Positions 20,851 to 29,556 of a stretch of 32,000 nucleotides of DNA are shown in pieces. The position numbers were made by a program, and so were the translations under genes. The stretch comes from Cylindrospermopsis raciborskii Cr2010 (GTDB taxonomy: Bacteria; Cyanobacteriota; Cyanobacteriia; Cyanobacteriales; Nostocaceae), in the NCBI RefSeq assembly GCF_003367075.2, contig NZ_CP065936.1, positions 1,860,001 to 1,892,000 of the forward strand. The letters are read 5' to 3'. The notes beneath the pieces are model-generated. The model was not told the origin of the DNA. It ran no database searches and worked only from the letters and a program-made list of their open reading frames with translations. Within the stretch, counting starts at the first letter, position 1; each line of letters starts with the position of its first letter.

Positions 20851-21528
20851 ATGATTTCTATCGCAGACGACATGGATAACAACCGAGGTCTAACAATGAT
20901 GTTGAATAATTTAGAAAATGACTCGATTTTTACGCCAGAACAGGTTTTGGAAAATCGGGGTCGAGTGGCAATATTTATTGATGGCTCAAATTTATTTTAT
21001 GCAGCTTTGCAATTAGGTATCGAAATTGATTACACTAAACTATTATGTCGGTTGACTGGTGGATCAAGGCTATTACGGGCTTTTTTCTATACTGGTGTAG
21101 ACCGGACTAATGAGAAGCAACAGGGATTTTTGTTGTGGATGCGTCGCAATGGTTATCGAGTCATAGCTAAGGATTTGGTACAATTGCCAGACGGTTCCAA
21201 AAAAGCTAACCTAGATGTGGAAATAGCTGTGGATATGATGGCTTTAGTGGACTCCTATGACACCGCAGTTTTGGTCAGCGGTGATGGCGACTTGGCCTAT
21301 GCTGTTAACTCGGTCAGTTATCGTGGCGTTAGGGTGGAAGTTGTTAGTCTACGCTCCATGACCAGTGACAGCTTAATTAATGTGAGCGATCGCTATATTG
21401 ATTTGGAAGCGATTAGGGAGGATATCCAAAAGACACCTCGTCAGGGTTATCCCTACAGGCCATTATCCAGTATGGGATTCTTGGACGACCATCAAGATAG
21501 TGAAGGACATTTACAGATTCCAGAATAA
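20851..21528 (+). CDS. NYN domain protein, LabA-like
   Basis: GRVAIFIDGSNLFYAALQLGIEIDYTKLLCRL...VDVAVDMM-like DVEIAVDMMALVDSYDTAVLVSGDGDLAYAVNSV. The start at 20851 (MISIADDMDNN) is likelier than 20773. Confidence 0.85.
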   Translation: MISIADDMDNNRGLTMMLNNLENDSIFTPEQVLENRGRVAIFIDGSNLFYAALQLGIEIDYTKLLCRLTGGSRLLRAFFYTGVDRTNEKQQGFLLWMRRNGYRVIAKDLVQLPDGSKKANLDVEIAVDMMALVDSYDTAVLVSGDGDLAYAVNSVSYRGVRVEVVSLRSMTSDSLINVSDRYIDLEAIREDIQKTPRQGYPYRPLSSMGFLDDHQDSEGHLQIPE

Positions 21529-21627
21529 TGCAAAAACAACTAAGCGGGAATTATGGGAGCGTTAATACGCAACTTCTAGAGGGGAAGTAAATCCAATTCC
21601 TCCCGCTACAGTTTTATGTGATTTTAT

Positions 21628-22800
21628 ATGTTAAATATGCCTAAAAATTTTAGTTATTGGTCAGTGATTTTATTATTGTTAACGGGATTATTTGGTTGCT
21701 CGGGTTCATCTACTATTTCTCCAGTGGAGAATAGTTCTGATTCTGATAAGTTGAGGAGTGATAGTCAGTTGACTTTTTTTGGTGTTAGTCTGGAGCAATT
21801 TGACCAAGATGGTAAACCATTTTGGAAGGTGCAAGCTCGTCAGGCTAAGTATACCAAAGAAAAGGAAATTGGTCAAGCCAAAAATCCCCAGGGTGAACTA
21901 TATCAAGATGGTAAAGTAGTTTATACAATTAAAGCAGAAACGGCGGATATTCAGCAAGATGGTAAACAACTTGTGCTCAAGGGTAAGATTGTGGCTACAG
22001 ATCCTCGTAATGGAGTAGTATTGGAAGGGAATGAATTGGAATGGCGACCCCAGGAAGATTTATTAATAGTCCGTAATCAGTTTCATGGTCATCATCGTCA
22101 ATTGAAAGCTACCGCCCAGGAAGCTAGAGTTAAAACTCGTCAACAACAGGTGGAGTTTACAGGCCAGGTGTTTGCCGTTTCTAATGACCCTAAATTACAA
22201 ATCAAAACTGAACGCTTACTTTGGCAAGTTCAATCAGAAAAGTTGGTGGGCGATCGCCCTGTGGAAATTCAACGTTATCAAAACAATCAATTTACTGATC
22301 GCGCTCAAGGAAAGGGTATAGAGGTTAATTTGAACACGAAAATTACCACCCTAGGACCGGAAGCCAAACTCCAGTTAATTAACCCACCAATGCAAATTAA
22401 TAGCAATGCGATCGCCTGGGATATTAATCAAGAAATTGTCAAAAGTAATGTTCCCGTAAAGGTAATTCATCAAGGGGAGAATATAACAGTATCTGGCAAT
22501 GCAGCGGAAATGAAATTGCTAAAGAAAACGGTTTATTTAACGGGTGATGTTCAGGCAATTGGGCAACGTAATCAGTTTTTAAAATCAGAGCGACTCACTT
22601 GGTATTTAGAGCGAAAATTAGTGGAAGCTCAAGGAAAGGTGATTTATCGTCAGATGGAACCACCTCTGACTTTCCAAGGGTCAACTGCAATTGGCAATTT
22701 GGCAACGGAAAATATTACCGTTAAGGGTGGTAGTTCTGGTCGGGTGGTGACAGAAGTTATTCCTCAGCAGGTTCTTACCCCATCCCTGGGAGAAAGATAA
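21628..22800 (+). CDS. lptC: LptC-like LPS export periplasmic lipoprotein
   Basis: 390 aa; lipobox-like LLTGLFGC, then LTFFGVSLEQFDQDGKPFWKVQARQAKYT and repeated beta-strand LptA/C-like segments. Confidence 0.8.
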   Translation: MLNMPKNFSYWSVILLLLTGLFGCSGSSTISPVENSSDSDKLRSDSQLTFFGVSLEQFDQDGKPFWKVQARQAKYTKEKEIGQAKNPQGELYQDGKVVYTIKAETADIQQDGKQLVLKGKIVATDPRNGVVLEGNELEWRPQEDLLIVRNQFHGHHRQLKATAQEARVKTRQQQVEFTGQVFAVSNDPKLQIKTERLLWQVQSEKLVGDRPVEIQRYQNNQFTDRAQGKGIEVNLNTKITTLGPEAKLQLINPPMQINSNAIAWDINQEIVKSNVPVKVIHQGENITVSGNAAEMKLLKKTVYLTGDVQAIGQRNQFLKSERLTWYLERKLVEAQGKVIYRQMEPPLTFQGSTAIGNLATENITVKGGSSGRVVTEVIPQQVLTPSLGER

Positions 22801-22955
22801 CGATTTGTAACATTTGGTTCATATTCGTTGTCAAATTCGATTTTTGGATAGAAACTAAATAGTATGGCACTTTAGGTAGTCAGCAATTTTCCCAACCTGA
22901 TTCTAATCGTGTTCCCAAACAACGTAATTAAAAGAATTACAGCAATCATAGTTTT

Positions 22956-23459
22956 ATGAACAATATTTCTAACCTTCAATTTAAGAGATCCGGTTGGCAA
23001 ACAACCGTAATCTTTACCCTGGGTTTTTGGCTCAGCGCTACCATGGTATTAGATGGGTTAATCATGCCCAGTCTTTACATTACTGGTATGATGAAAGAAG
23101 CAAATTTTACCATGGCTGGCTACAGCATTTTTTGGAATTTTAACCGTGTGGAGTTAGTAGCTGCTGCGGTAGTATTGACCGCCATATTGGCTATGGGTAA
23201 AGCCAAGTCAAAATGGAACTTGAGTTCTATATGTTGGTCGGTTTTATTGCTCATGGTGGCCCTGTTAGATACCTATCTGCTCACCCCCCAAATGTCCGCT
23301 CTGGGTAGTAATTTGAGTTTGATGGTTACACCTGGTACAGTGCCAGAAACCATGAATTTACTACATGGTGGTTATTTTATCCTAGAAGTTATTAAGTTAG
23401 TAGGAGCTGGTTGGCTATTTAATCGCTGTTGGAATGATAGAGAAATCATGGCAATCTAG
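22956..23459 (+). CDS. Hypothetical multi-pass membrane protein
   Basis: 167 aa with about four hydrophobic segments. Confidence 0.6.
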   Translation: MNNISNLQFKRSGWQTTVIFTLGFWLSATMVLDGLIMPSLYITGMMKEANFTMAGYSIFWNFNRVELVAAAVVLTAILAMGKAKSKWNLSSICWSVLLLMVALLDTYLLTPQMSALGSNLSLMVTPGTVPETMNLLHGGYFILEVIKLVGAGWLFNRCWNDREIMAI

Positions 23460-23493
23460 TTTGACTAGGTTTGACCATATAAGGCGATCGCTT

Positions 23494-23784
23494 TTAGGAA
23501 GCGCGATCGTCTTCATTCTCAGGTAGTAAAAGACGAATAGCCAAAACAGCAAAACCAATAGCTGCAATTGTCTTTAAAATTCTGGTGGGCAATAATTGTG
23601 CCACCGCTCCCCCAGCTAACACACCCAGCAAACTAGTGAACACCAGCGCAGCTGCGGTGCCAAAAAATATAGCCTTTCTAGATTTTCCTTGACCAGACAA
23701 TGCGATCGCAGCTAGTTGACTCTTATCACCCAGTTCGGAAAGAAACACGGTAATAAAGCTAATTCCCAGAAGATTCCAATCCAT
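23494..23784 (-). CDS. Half-size TMEM165/GDT1 (UPF0016) family protein
   Basis: 96 aa; FITVFLSELGDKSQLAAIALSG carries the E-x-G-D-K-(S/T) motif. Confidence 0.9.
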   Translation of the reverse strand: MDWNLLGISFITVFLSELGDKSQLAAIALSGQGKSRKAIFFGTAAALVFTSLLGVLAGGAVAQLLPTRILKTIAAIGFAVLAIRLLLPENEDDRAS

Positions 23785-23804
23785 ATCTATATCTATTTAA
23801 TAAC

Positions 23805-24179
23805 TTAACCGTGAATCACATCCCAAAATAACATCGAAGAAACTAACAATAATACCAGTCCTGCTGATTTTTCTACCGTTTTAGGACTAAGTCTACTAGC
23901 AATAAAACCACCAAGCAGTACACCCAGTAAACTAGTGGTGACCAAAGCAGCTCCTGCTCCCAGGAATACCAACCAAGGCGCATGGGACTGGGCACTCATT
24001 AATAATGTTGATAATTGAGTCTTATCACCAATTTCCGCCAAAAAAATGGTAATAAAGGTTGTCCCAAATACTACCCAAACCGAGTCAGACTTTTTTGTCT
24101 TGGGTGGTGATTGGTCAGCAGGTGCAGTAATGGTTAAATCCAAAGTATCAAGTTTCACGGTGCTAACGGAGTTTTTCAT
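23805..24179 (-). CDS. Half-size TMEM165/GDT1 (UPF0016) family protein, second paralog
   Basis: 124 aa; TTFITIFLAEIGDKTQLSTLLMSAQS carries the E-x-G-D-K-T motif. Confidence 0.9.
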   Translation of the reverse strand: MKNSVSTVKLDTLDLTITAPADQSPPKTKKSDSVWVVFGTTFITIFLAEIGDKTQLSTLLMSAQSHAPWLVFLGAGAALVTTSLLGVLLGGFIASRLSPKTVEKSAGLVLLLVSSMLFWDVIHG

Positions 24180-24248
24180 ATTTTTATCATTATCTCATAA
24201 TGTAATGACCAATGACAAGTTTTTAAAAAAAGATCCTTTGTCCCTACT

Positions 24249-24605
24249 TCACAACTCAAAACCCAGGGTCTGATTAAATCGAATCATTTCTAAACTGCGA
24301 TCGCCATATACAGAATCTATCTGTTGATGACAACAGTCAATAGCGAAGTCATTTAACTCCTCTGGTTTGATACCATACATCTTTTCAAAGGTTTTAGACT
24401 CTACCCGACAAAATGAAGGACGATCCCTATAAATAGTACATTCTCGTGTTTGATGATCAAAATTAACACACCAACCGTCCTCACCTACCAAACGGAGATA
24501 GAGTGAGAGTTCTGTAGGTGAGAGATAATCGGATAAATAGGGGCGATCGCTAGGATCCAGATGACAGCAAGCACCACACTGCTTAACACATTGCCAAGTA
24601 GCCAT
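24249..24605 (-). CDS. YkgJ family cysteine cluster protein
   Basis: 118 aa; WQCVKQCGACCHLDPSDRP ... DHQTRECTIYRDRPSFCRVE. Confidence 0.85.
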   Translation of the reverse strand: MATWQCVKQCGACCHLDPSDRPYLSDYLSPTELSLYLRLVGEDGWCVNFDHQTRECTIYRDRPSFCRVESKTFEKMYGIKPEELNDFAIDCCHQQIDSVYGDRSLEMIRFNQTLGFEL

Positions 24606-24737
24606 AAATTACCTCCATAATAGATGAAACAAAAAGAGACATGAACTGATCCTGTTTTTTGGTATATTGATATAGTAGGAAAAATTGCCATTTAGCAATT
24701 TGAATTATTTAATTTTTTAAAACCCTTGGGAGGAAAA

Positions 24738-24857
24738 ATGGAAGCTCTAGCTAATATCAACTGGGAAGTCGCGTTTCAATTGACCTGTGTAGCATTAATT
24801 GTCCTTGCTGGACCCGCTGTAATTTTTGTACTCGCTTTTCGTAACGGGGATCTTTAA
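24738..24857 (+). CDS. psb30: Photosystem II reaction centre protein Psb30/Ycf12
   Basis: 39-codon [42 protein letters not shown], with GGGAGG-like RBS sequence (ttgggaggaaaa) upstream. Missing from the supplied track. Confidence 0.95.
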   Translation: MEALANINWEVAFQLTCVALIVLAGPAVIFVLAFRNGDL

Positions 24858-24933
24858 TTGGTGAAATGGGAAGTGGGTGTGAGCAAGCCATACTTTGCCA
24901 AAATACTACAAAATTAAGCCCAAACTGAGTCAA

Positions 24934-26757
24934 CTAGTTTCCGTCAAAGCTGTAATTGCAGCTTTGATGATACTGTTGAGGTAACCTAACACCGACTAAC
25001 TCCAACTCAATATCATTCGCACCATTAAAGTTATTTTCCCGTAACTTGTAAGCAATATCAATAGTGAAGGGTAAAGGGAAATAATCACCCCATCGCCAAG
25101 CCAAAGCTTTAATTTCATATCTTGTATTATCTATGATTTGAGCCAAAGTTAACTTAATACTACCCTTACCAATCATTTGCTGTTCTACCACTCGTACTTG
25201 GGGAGTCCAAAAGATAGGGTCAGGGTTTTCAATTCCACAGGGATGAAGAATATTCAACTGTTGGAATAAATCCCGATTGATCTGACAAAAGTTGATTTGA
25301 CCATCTATTCTTAATAGTGGTTTGAGATGTTGAACTTCCAGACATTGATTAGCAAACTCTGATAAACGCAATCGAAAATTTTCTAGATTAGCTGCGGGTA
25401 AAGAAAATCCAGCAGCAGCTTTATGTCCACCATATTTATATAGTAAATCGCTGCTAAACTCCAAAGCATCAAACACATTAAATTCAGGTATTCCCCTTGC
25501 GGAACCACGAACCAGGTGATTATTTTCGTAAGTACCGATAAAGACAGGAACTCCATAACGTTCTACCAGACGAGAAGCGACAATGCCAATTACACCATGA
25601 TGCCAATTATCTTTGACTACGACCAGAACTCGGTCTTGATGCAAATTTTGTGCATATAAATCTTCAACCAACAATATTGCCTCTCCTTGGATTTCCTCAC
25701 AGATTTTTTGACGTTCAGCATTTATTTGCTCACATTGCATTGCTCGTTCTAAAGCAATTCCCATATCATCAGTAGTTAGTAATTCGATCACAATTTGAGG
25801 ATTGCCAATTCTACCCACAGCATTGATTCTTGGTCCTAGACGAAATCCAATATCTTCTGGTTTTAAAGACTTAGAATTTTGTGCCTTAGATACTTGCTGA
25901 TTTTCTCCCATACTTGGTTGTACACCAGAGACTTGAATTAAAGCCTGAACACCCGGTAAATTGGACTTATATAATGATTTTAAGCCCCGTTTTATCCAAC
26001 GACGATTAACACCGGTTAAAGGAGCTAGGTCAGCAATAGTTCCCAAGGTAAATAAATCCAACATAGGTTGAACCAGACCTGTGATTTTTTGCAAATGTTG
26101 AGCTAAACATACAGCTAAAACATAGGCTACACCCACACCAGCAAGACCTCTATAAGGGGAAGATAGAGATATTAATTTGGGGTTAAGAATTGCATCAGCA
26201 ACTGGTAATTGGGGAGGTAAATCATGGTGATCCGTAATAATCACTTTCAAACCCAACTCTTTTGCTCTTGCAATAGGTTCAAGAGCAGCAATACCATTAT
26301 CTACGGTTAGAATTAAACTGACCCCTTCACTGTGAAATTCTTCCACAATTCGTTTATTAATTCCATACCCCTCGTGCATTCTACTGGGAATAGCATAGTC
26401 AATGTTTGCACCTAAAGATCCAAGACTACGTAACAGCAAGGCTGTACTAGTCATGCCATCAGCATCATAATCGCCGCAGATAGCAATTTTCTCATGGTTC
26501 CTAATAGCACTTGCCAATAATTCCACACTGGGAACTAAATCGGGGAACTCGTCCAAGGGAGAGGGTAAATTTATACATTCAGGATTGATAAATCTAGTAG
26601 CTATTTCTGGTGTTTCCATACCTCTATTAATTAACAACTGACCTATAATAGGAGAAACATTATTGACACTTGCTAACTTTTCAGCTAATTCTTCATTTTG
26701 CTTTGCTATGTGCCAGCGTTGATATGGTAATTTTATATTATTTTTCTGTGGAGTCAT
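24934..26757 (-). CDS. recJ: Single-stranded-DNA-specific exonuclease RecJ
   Basis: 607 aa; AICGDYDADGMTSTALLLR...ITDHHDLP...GHKAAAGFS. Confidence 0.95.
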   Translation of the reverse strand: MTPQKNNIKLPYQRWHIAKQNEELAEKLASVNNVSPIIGQLLINRGMETPEIATRFINPECINLPSPLDEFPDLVPSVELLASAIRNHEKIAICGDYDADGMTSTALLLRSLGSLGANIDYAIPSRMHEGYGINKRIVEEFHSEGVSLILTVDNGIAALEPIARAKELGLKVIITDHHDLPPQLPVADAILNPKLISLSSPYRGLAGVGVAYVLAVCLAQHLQKITGLVQPMLDLFTLGTIADLAPLTGVNRRWIKRGLKSLYKSNLPGVQALIQVSGVQPSMGENQQVSKAQNSKSLKPEDIGFRLGPRINAVGRIGNPQIVIELLTTDDMGIALERAMQCEQINAERQKICEEIQGEAILLVEDLYAQNLHQDRVLVVVKDNWHHGVIGIVASRLVERYGVPVFIGTYENNHLVRGSARGIPEFNVFDALEFSSDLLYKYGGHKAAAGFSLPAANLENFRLRLSEFANQCLEVQHLKPLLRIDGQINFCQINRDLFQQLNILHPCGIENPDPIFWTPQVRVVEQQMIGKGSIKLTLAQIIDNTRYEIKALAWRWGDYFPLPFTIDIAYKLRENNFNGANDIELELVGVRLPQQYHQSCNYSFDGN

Positions 26758-26830
26758 GGTTGGTTATAATCAGCAAAAATATGAAATTTCAAATCCAGTA
26801 GATGTATAAATAATAATCTATAATGTTAGC

Positions 26831-27130
26831 AGCAAACACAATTTTTTGATAAAATCTCAAGTAAGTGCCAACTTGGCAACCAGAGACTCTAGAAGGGAGT
26901 TACATTGAACTAGACAAACAAGAGTTAGTCTCTTACAGTTTGTTAAACGAGTGAACAAAATGACCATTTGCTGCAATAGGAATGATCAATGAATACAAAC
27001 CTAATCGATTACAAATTACCCCCCTAATTAACGATTAGGTTTGTCAGTGATATTCCCTAAACGCTTCAGCAGCAAATAAGAGAGTGGGAGTGAATGGCGC
27101 TTGGTAATGCCTCCTCCCACTCTCTTTTTT
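26831..27130 (+). ncRNA. Candidate plus-strand structured ncRNA ending in an intrinsic terminator
   Basis: TATAAT at 26819-26824; stem-loops at 26866-26878, 26882-26933 and 26995-27044 (13-bp perfect stem); terminator at 27078-27130. No plus-strand CDS. The 5' end is approximate. Confidence 0.5.
27078..27130 (+). terminator. Rho-independent terminator
   Basis: AGAGAGTGGGAG (27079-27090) pairs perfectly with CTCCCACTCTCT (27114-27125) and is followed by a T run. It may also act weakly for the convergent minus-strand gene. Confidence 0.75.
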
Positions 27131-27158
27131 ATGGGTACTACCAAAAAACAATATGTCA

Positions 27159-28403
27159 CTATCTGTCTACCAAAATCATAGTCTCATCATCTCCTAATAA
27201 CTCTTGTGCTGCTTCTAACATATATGTGGCAATATCTTTTAAATCTTCACGATTGTTTAAGTAGGTTCTTAATGCCTCTATGGGATCAATACTACTACTA
27301 GCATTTAATTCGGGAATTCGCGGTCTGGCTAATTGACTCACTAGTTCTGGGTGAATCGTATAATGATGTGCATCCCCCAGCGCCTTATGAATAACAGCGT
27401 TTTCTATTACATCTAATTGTTCCGAACGCAGTTTATAAACTAGTCTGACTACATTCCCTGTTAGGTCATGTTTGGCGATCGCCTGCAATAATGTTTGTTG
27501 AGGATTGTCTCTGGGGGATAAATCCACCTCGATGGTGCGGAAAATGCGAGCAGGTAGTGGGCAAAACTGCCAATTGGCCTTACCTTTTTCCAACTCTACC
27601 ATGACATAACCCTTTTGTTCTTTTTCTTCACTAAAATCCACTCGCTCAATACTACCAGGATAAACCACAGGTGGGTCGTTGGATTTATTCAGATTTTGAT
27701 GGCAGTGGACATGACCTAATGCCACATAATCAAAACATGGTCTAATAAGTAAAGAAGCTGGCAGAGTAAAACCCTTACCTACAGCTAATAAACGTTCCGC
27801 ACCCAACATAGCATTATCAGCCATCAAATGGGCTAAAAGTATGGTGGGCAGATTTGGGTCTAAATTTCTCACCTCTCCTTCTAAAACCACTTGTAATTTT
27901 TCAATCAAAAGTTGATTAACCTCAGCCATAGACATTCCCGTAGTTTCCTTGCGGGTCATTAACATAGACCTAGTCAACCAAGGTAGAGTAATTACTTGTA
28001 CCTTACCATTGGGGGTTTGAATATGATGGGTAGTCAAACTATCACCCACCACAAAACCGGGTACTCCCAAAGTTCGGTAAATATTAAGACTTGCTCCTCC
28101 TATACCCTGGGAATGTAAATCATGATTGCCAACTAATAAAACCGTTGGAATATGGGCATCAACCAACCTACGAAACTGACTGGCAAATGCTTCTTGTACG
28201 TAAGGTGGAGGGGTAGCATCCGGAAAGGCATCACCACCAAATATAACCATATCTACTGGTTCAGACAGGGCCCGATCAATACATAAAGATAGGGTATTAA
28301 CAAAATCCTCCAAGCGGGAGTTTAATCCAGTGTTGGGGTTAATACGTCCGTGGGAAAAACCGCTTCCTATATGAATATCTGAAAGGTGTAGAACTTTGAT
28401 CAT
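27159..28403 (-). CDS. sbcD: DNA repair exonuclease, metallophosphoesterase (SbcD-like)
   Basis: 414 aa; KVLHLSDIHIGSGF...FGGDAFPD...LLVGNHDLHSQG...DYVALGHVHCHQ. Confidence 0.85.
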   Translation of the reverse strand: MIKVLHLSDIHIGSGFSHGRINPNTGLNSRLEDFVNTLSLCIDRALSEPVDMVIFGGDAFPDATPPPYVQEAFASQFRRLVDAHIPTVLLVGNHDLHSQGIGGASLNIYRTLGVPGFVVGDSLTTHHIQTPNGKVQVITLPWLTRSMLMTRKETTGMSMAEVNQLLIEKLQVVLEGEVRNLDPNLPTILLAHLMADNAMLGAERLLAVGKGFTLPASLLIRPCFDYVALGHVHCHQNLNKSNDPPVVYPGSIERVDFSEEKEQKGYVMVELEKGKANWQFCPLPARIFRTIEVDLSPRDNPQQTLLQAIAKHDLTGNVVRLVYKLRSEQLDVIENAVIHKALGDAHHYTIHPELVSQLARPRIPELNASSSIDPIEALRTYLNNREDLKDIATYMLEAAQELLGDDETMILVDR

Positions 28404-28436
28404 GGATTTACGGCAATCTTTTTTTCATGATACGCT

Positions 28437-28455
28437 CCCACACTCACAGTGTGGG
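28437..28455. terminator. Possible terminator/regulatory hairpin downstream of cysH
   Basis: CCCACACT-CAC-AGTGTGGG, an 8-bp perfect stem with a 3-nt loop. No convincing T-run on the minus strand. Confidence 0.35.
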
Positions 28456-28476
28456 ATTTATATCTAGATTTAAATC

Positions 28477-29181
28477 TTAAATGTGAATACCACACTCAGT
28501 CTTCCCAGTACCGCGCCAACGTCCAGCTCTTTCATCTTCTCCATCACCTACCCTGGTAGTAATGGGTTCATCACCAATACTTGGGTATCCTTGATCATGT
28601 AGGGGATTATAAATTACCTTGTATTCAGCTACATACTCCCAGCTTTCTTTTCTTGTCCAGGTAGCCAAGGGATTAATTTTTAAGCGCCCTTGATTATCCA
28701 ACTCAAACACGGGCATATTCGCACGGGTAACCGCCTGATCCCGACGACGACCAGTAATCCAAGCTACTGTATTTAATTCATCCAATCCACGCTGCAAAGG
28801 TTCAATTTTAGTAATTTGATGAAATTTACTAATATCAGTATCCCACAACGCCTCTCCATACTTAGCGGCAAATTCCTCACGACTATAGACATTGGGTACT
28901 TTATAGGTCTTTAAGTCTAAGCCATAAACTGTTTTAGCTTTAGCAACCAAGTCTAAAGTTTGTTCAAAGTGATGAAGGGTATCAAGGAAAATCACTGGTG
29001 TTGGGTGATCCAGTACTTCATAAAGAATATGGGTAATAATCAAGTCATCAACATTGAAAGCACTGGTTTGGACTAAACCCGTAGGTACGTTTTCCACCGA
29101 CCATGCCAAGATTTCCGTGGGAGTGGCGGTTTCAAATTGTTCATTTAAACTTTCTAAGTCAAAAGCTGTTGCAACTGTCAT
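28477..29181 (-). CDS. cysH: Phosphoadenylyl-sulfate reductase
   Basis: MTVATAFDLESLNEQFETATPTEILAWSVE...QTSAFNVDDLIITHIL...TPVIFLDTLHHFEQTL...RRRDQ-like GRRRDQAVTRANMPVFE...ECGIHI. The start at 29181 is preferred over 29214. Confidence 0.93.
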   Translation of the reverse strand: MTVATAFDLESLNEQFETATPTEILAWSVENVPTGLVQTSAFNVDDLIITHILYEVLDHPTPVIFLDTLHHFEQTLDLVAKAKTVYGLDLKTYKVPNVYSREEFAAKYGEALWDTDISKFHQITKIEPLQRGLDELNTVAWITGRRRDQAVTRANMPVFELDNQGRLKINPLATWTRKESWEYVAEYKVIYNPLHDQGYPSIGDEPITTRVGDGEDERAGRWRGTGKTECGIHI

Positions 29182-29210
29182 GGTAGTTCTCTTGTCAACG
29201 TTTAAATATC

Positions 29211-29556
29211 TCAAAGTATTTTACCGGAAAATTGACCCACCTGACTTAAAAGTTGCTGGAAAACTCTTTCCATCCATTTATCAAGCGCGATTAATTCCAC
29301 TGCCAACTACGTAGTCCGCGCGTCTGCACTCCCCTTTGGTCCCATTAAAGATATCCTCGGGAGACCGAAACTGATCCACTTTTATCACCAGAGCATCCAA
29401 AGGTAAGTCACGTATCTTTACCATGGAATCCGGGGATTGAGGTTCATCGAGTATAGCATATAACTTCCCGTTCTCCTCTTTAAGCTCAACCTGTGCGGTT
29501 TTCTTAATTAGTTCGGCAAGAATTTCCATGTCCCTACTCATCATCCCCCCAAACAA
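29211..29556 (-). pseudogene. Small partner gene of the upstream AAA ATPase, probably frameshifted/truncated (ORF track 29281..29556)
   Basis: The frame ends ...KGECRRADYVVGSGINRA*. Another minus-strand frame continues open as LAVELIALDKWMERVFQQLLSQVGQFSGKIL* down to 29211. Confidence 0.45.

Noticed and set aside
24485-24691. Minus-strand 68-aa ORF overlapping the YkgJ-like gene start
   Set aside because: Alternate frame of a convincing cysteine-cluster gene; translation shows no family signature.
26961-26993. Mini-ORF MTICCNRNDQ as a possible leader peptide for attenuation
   Set aside because: No downstream plus-strand operon to regulate; the next gene is convergent.
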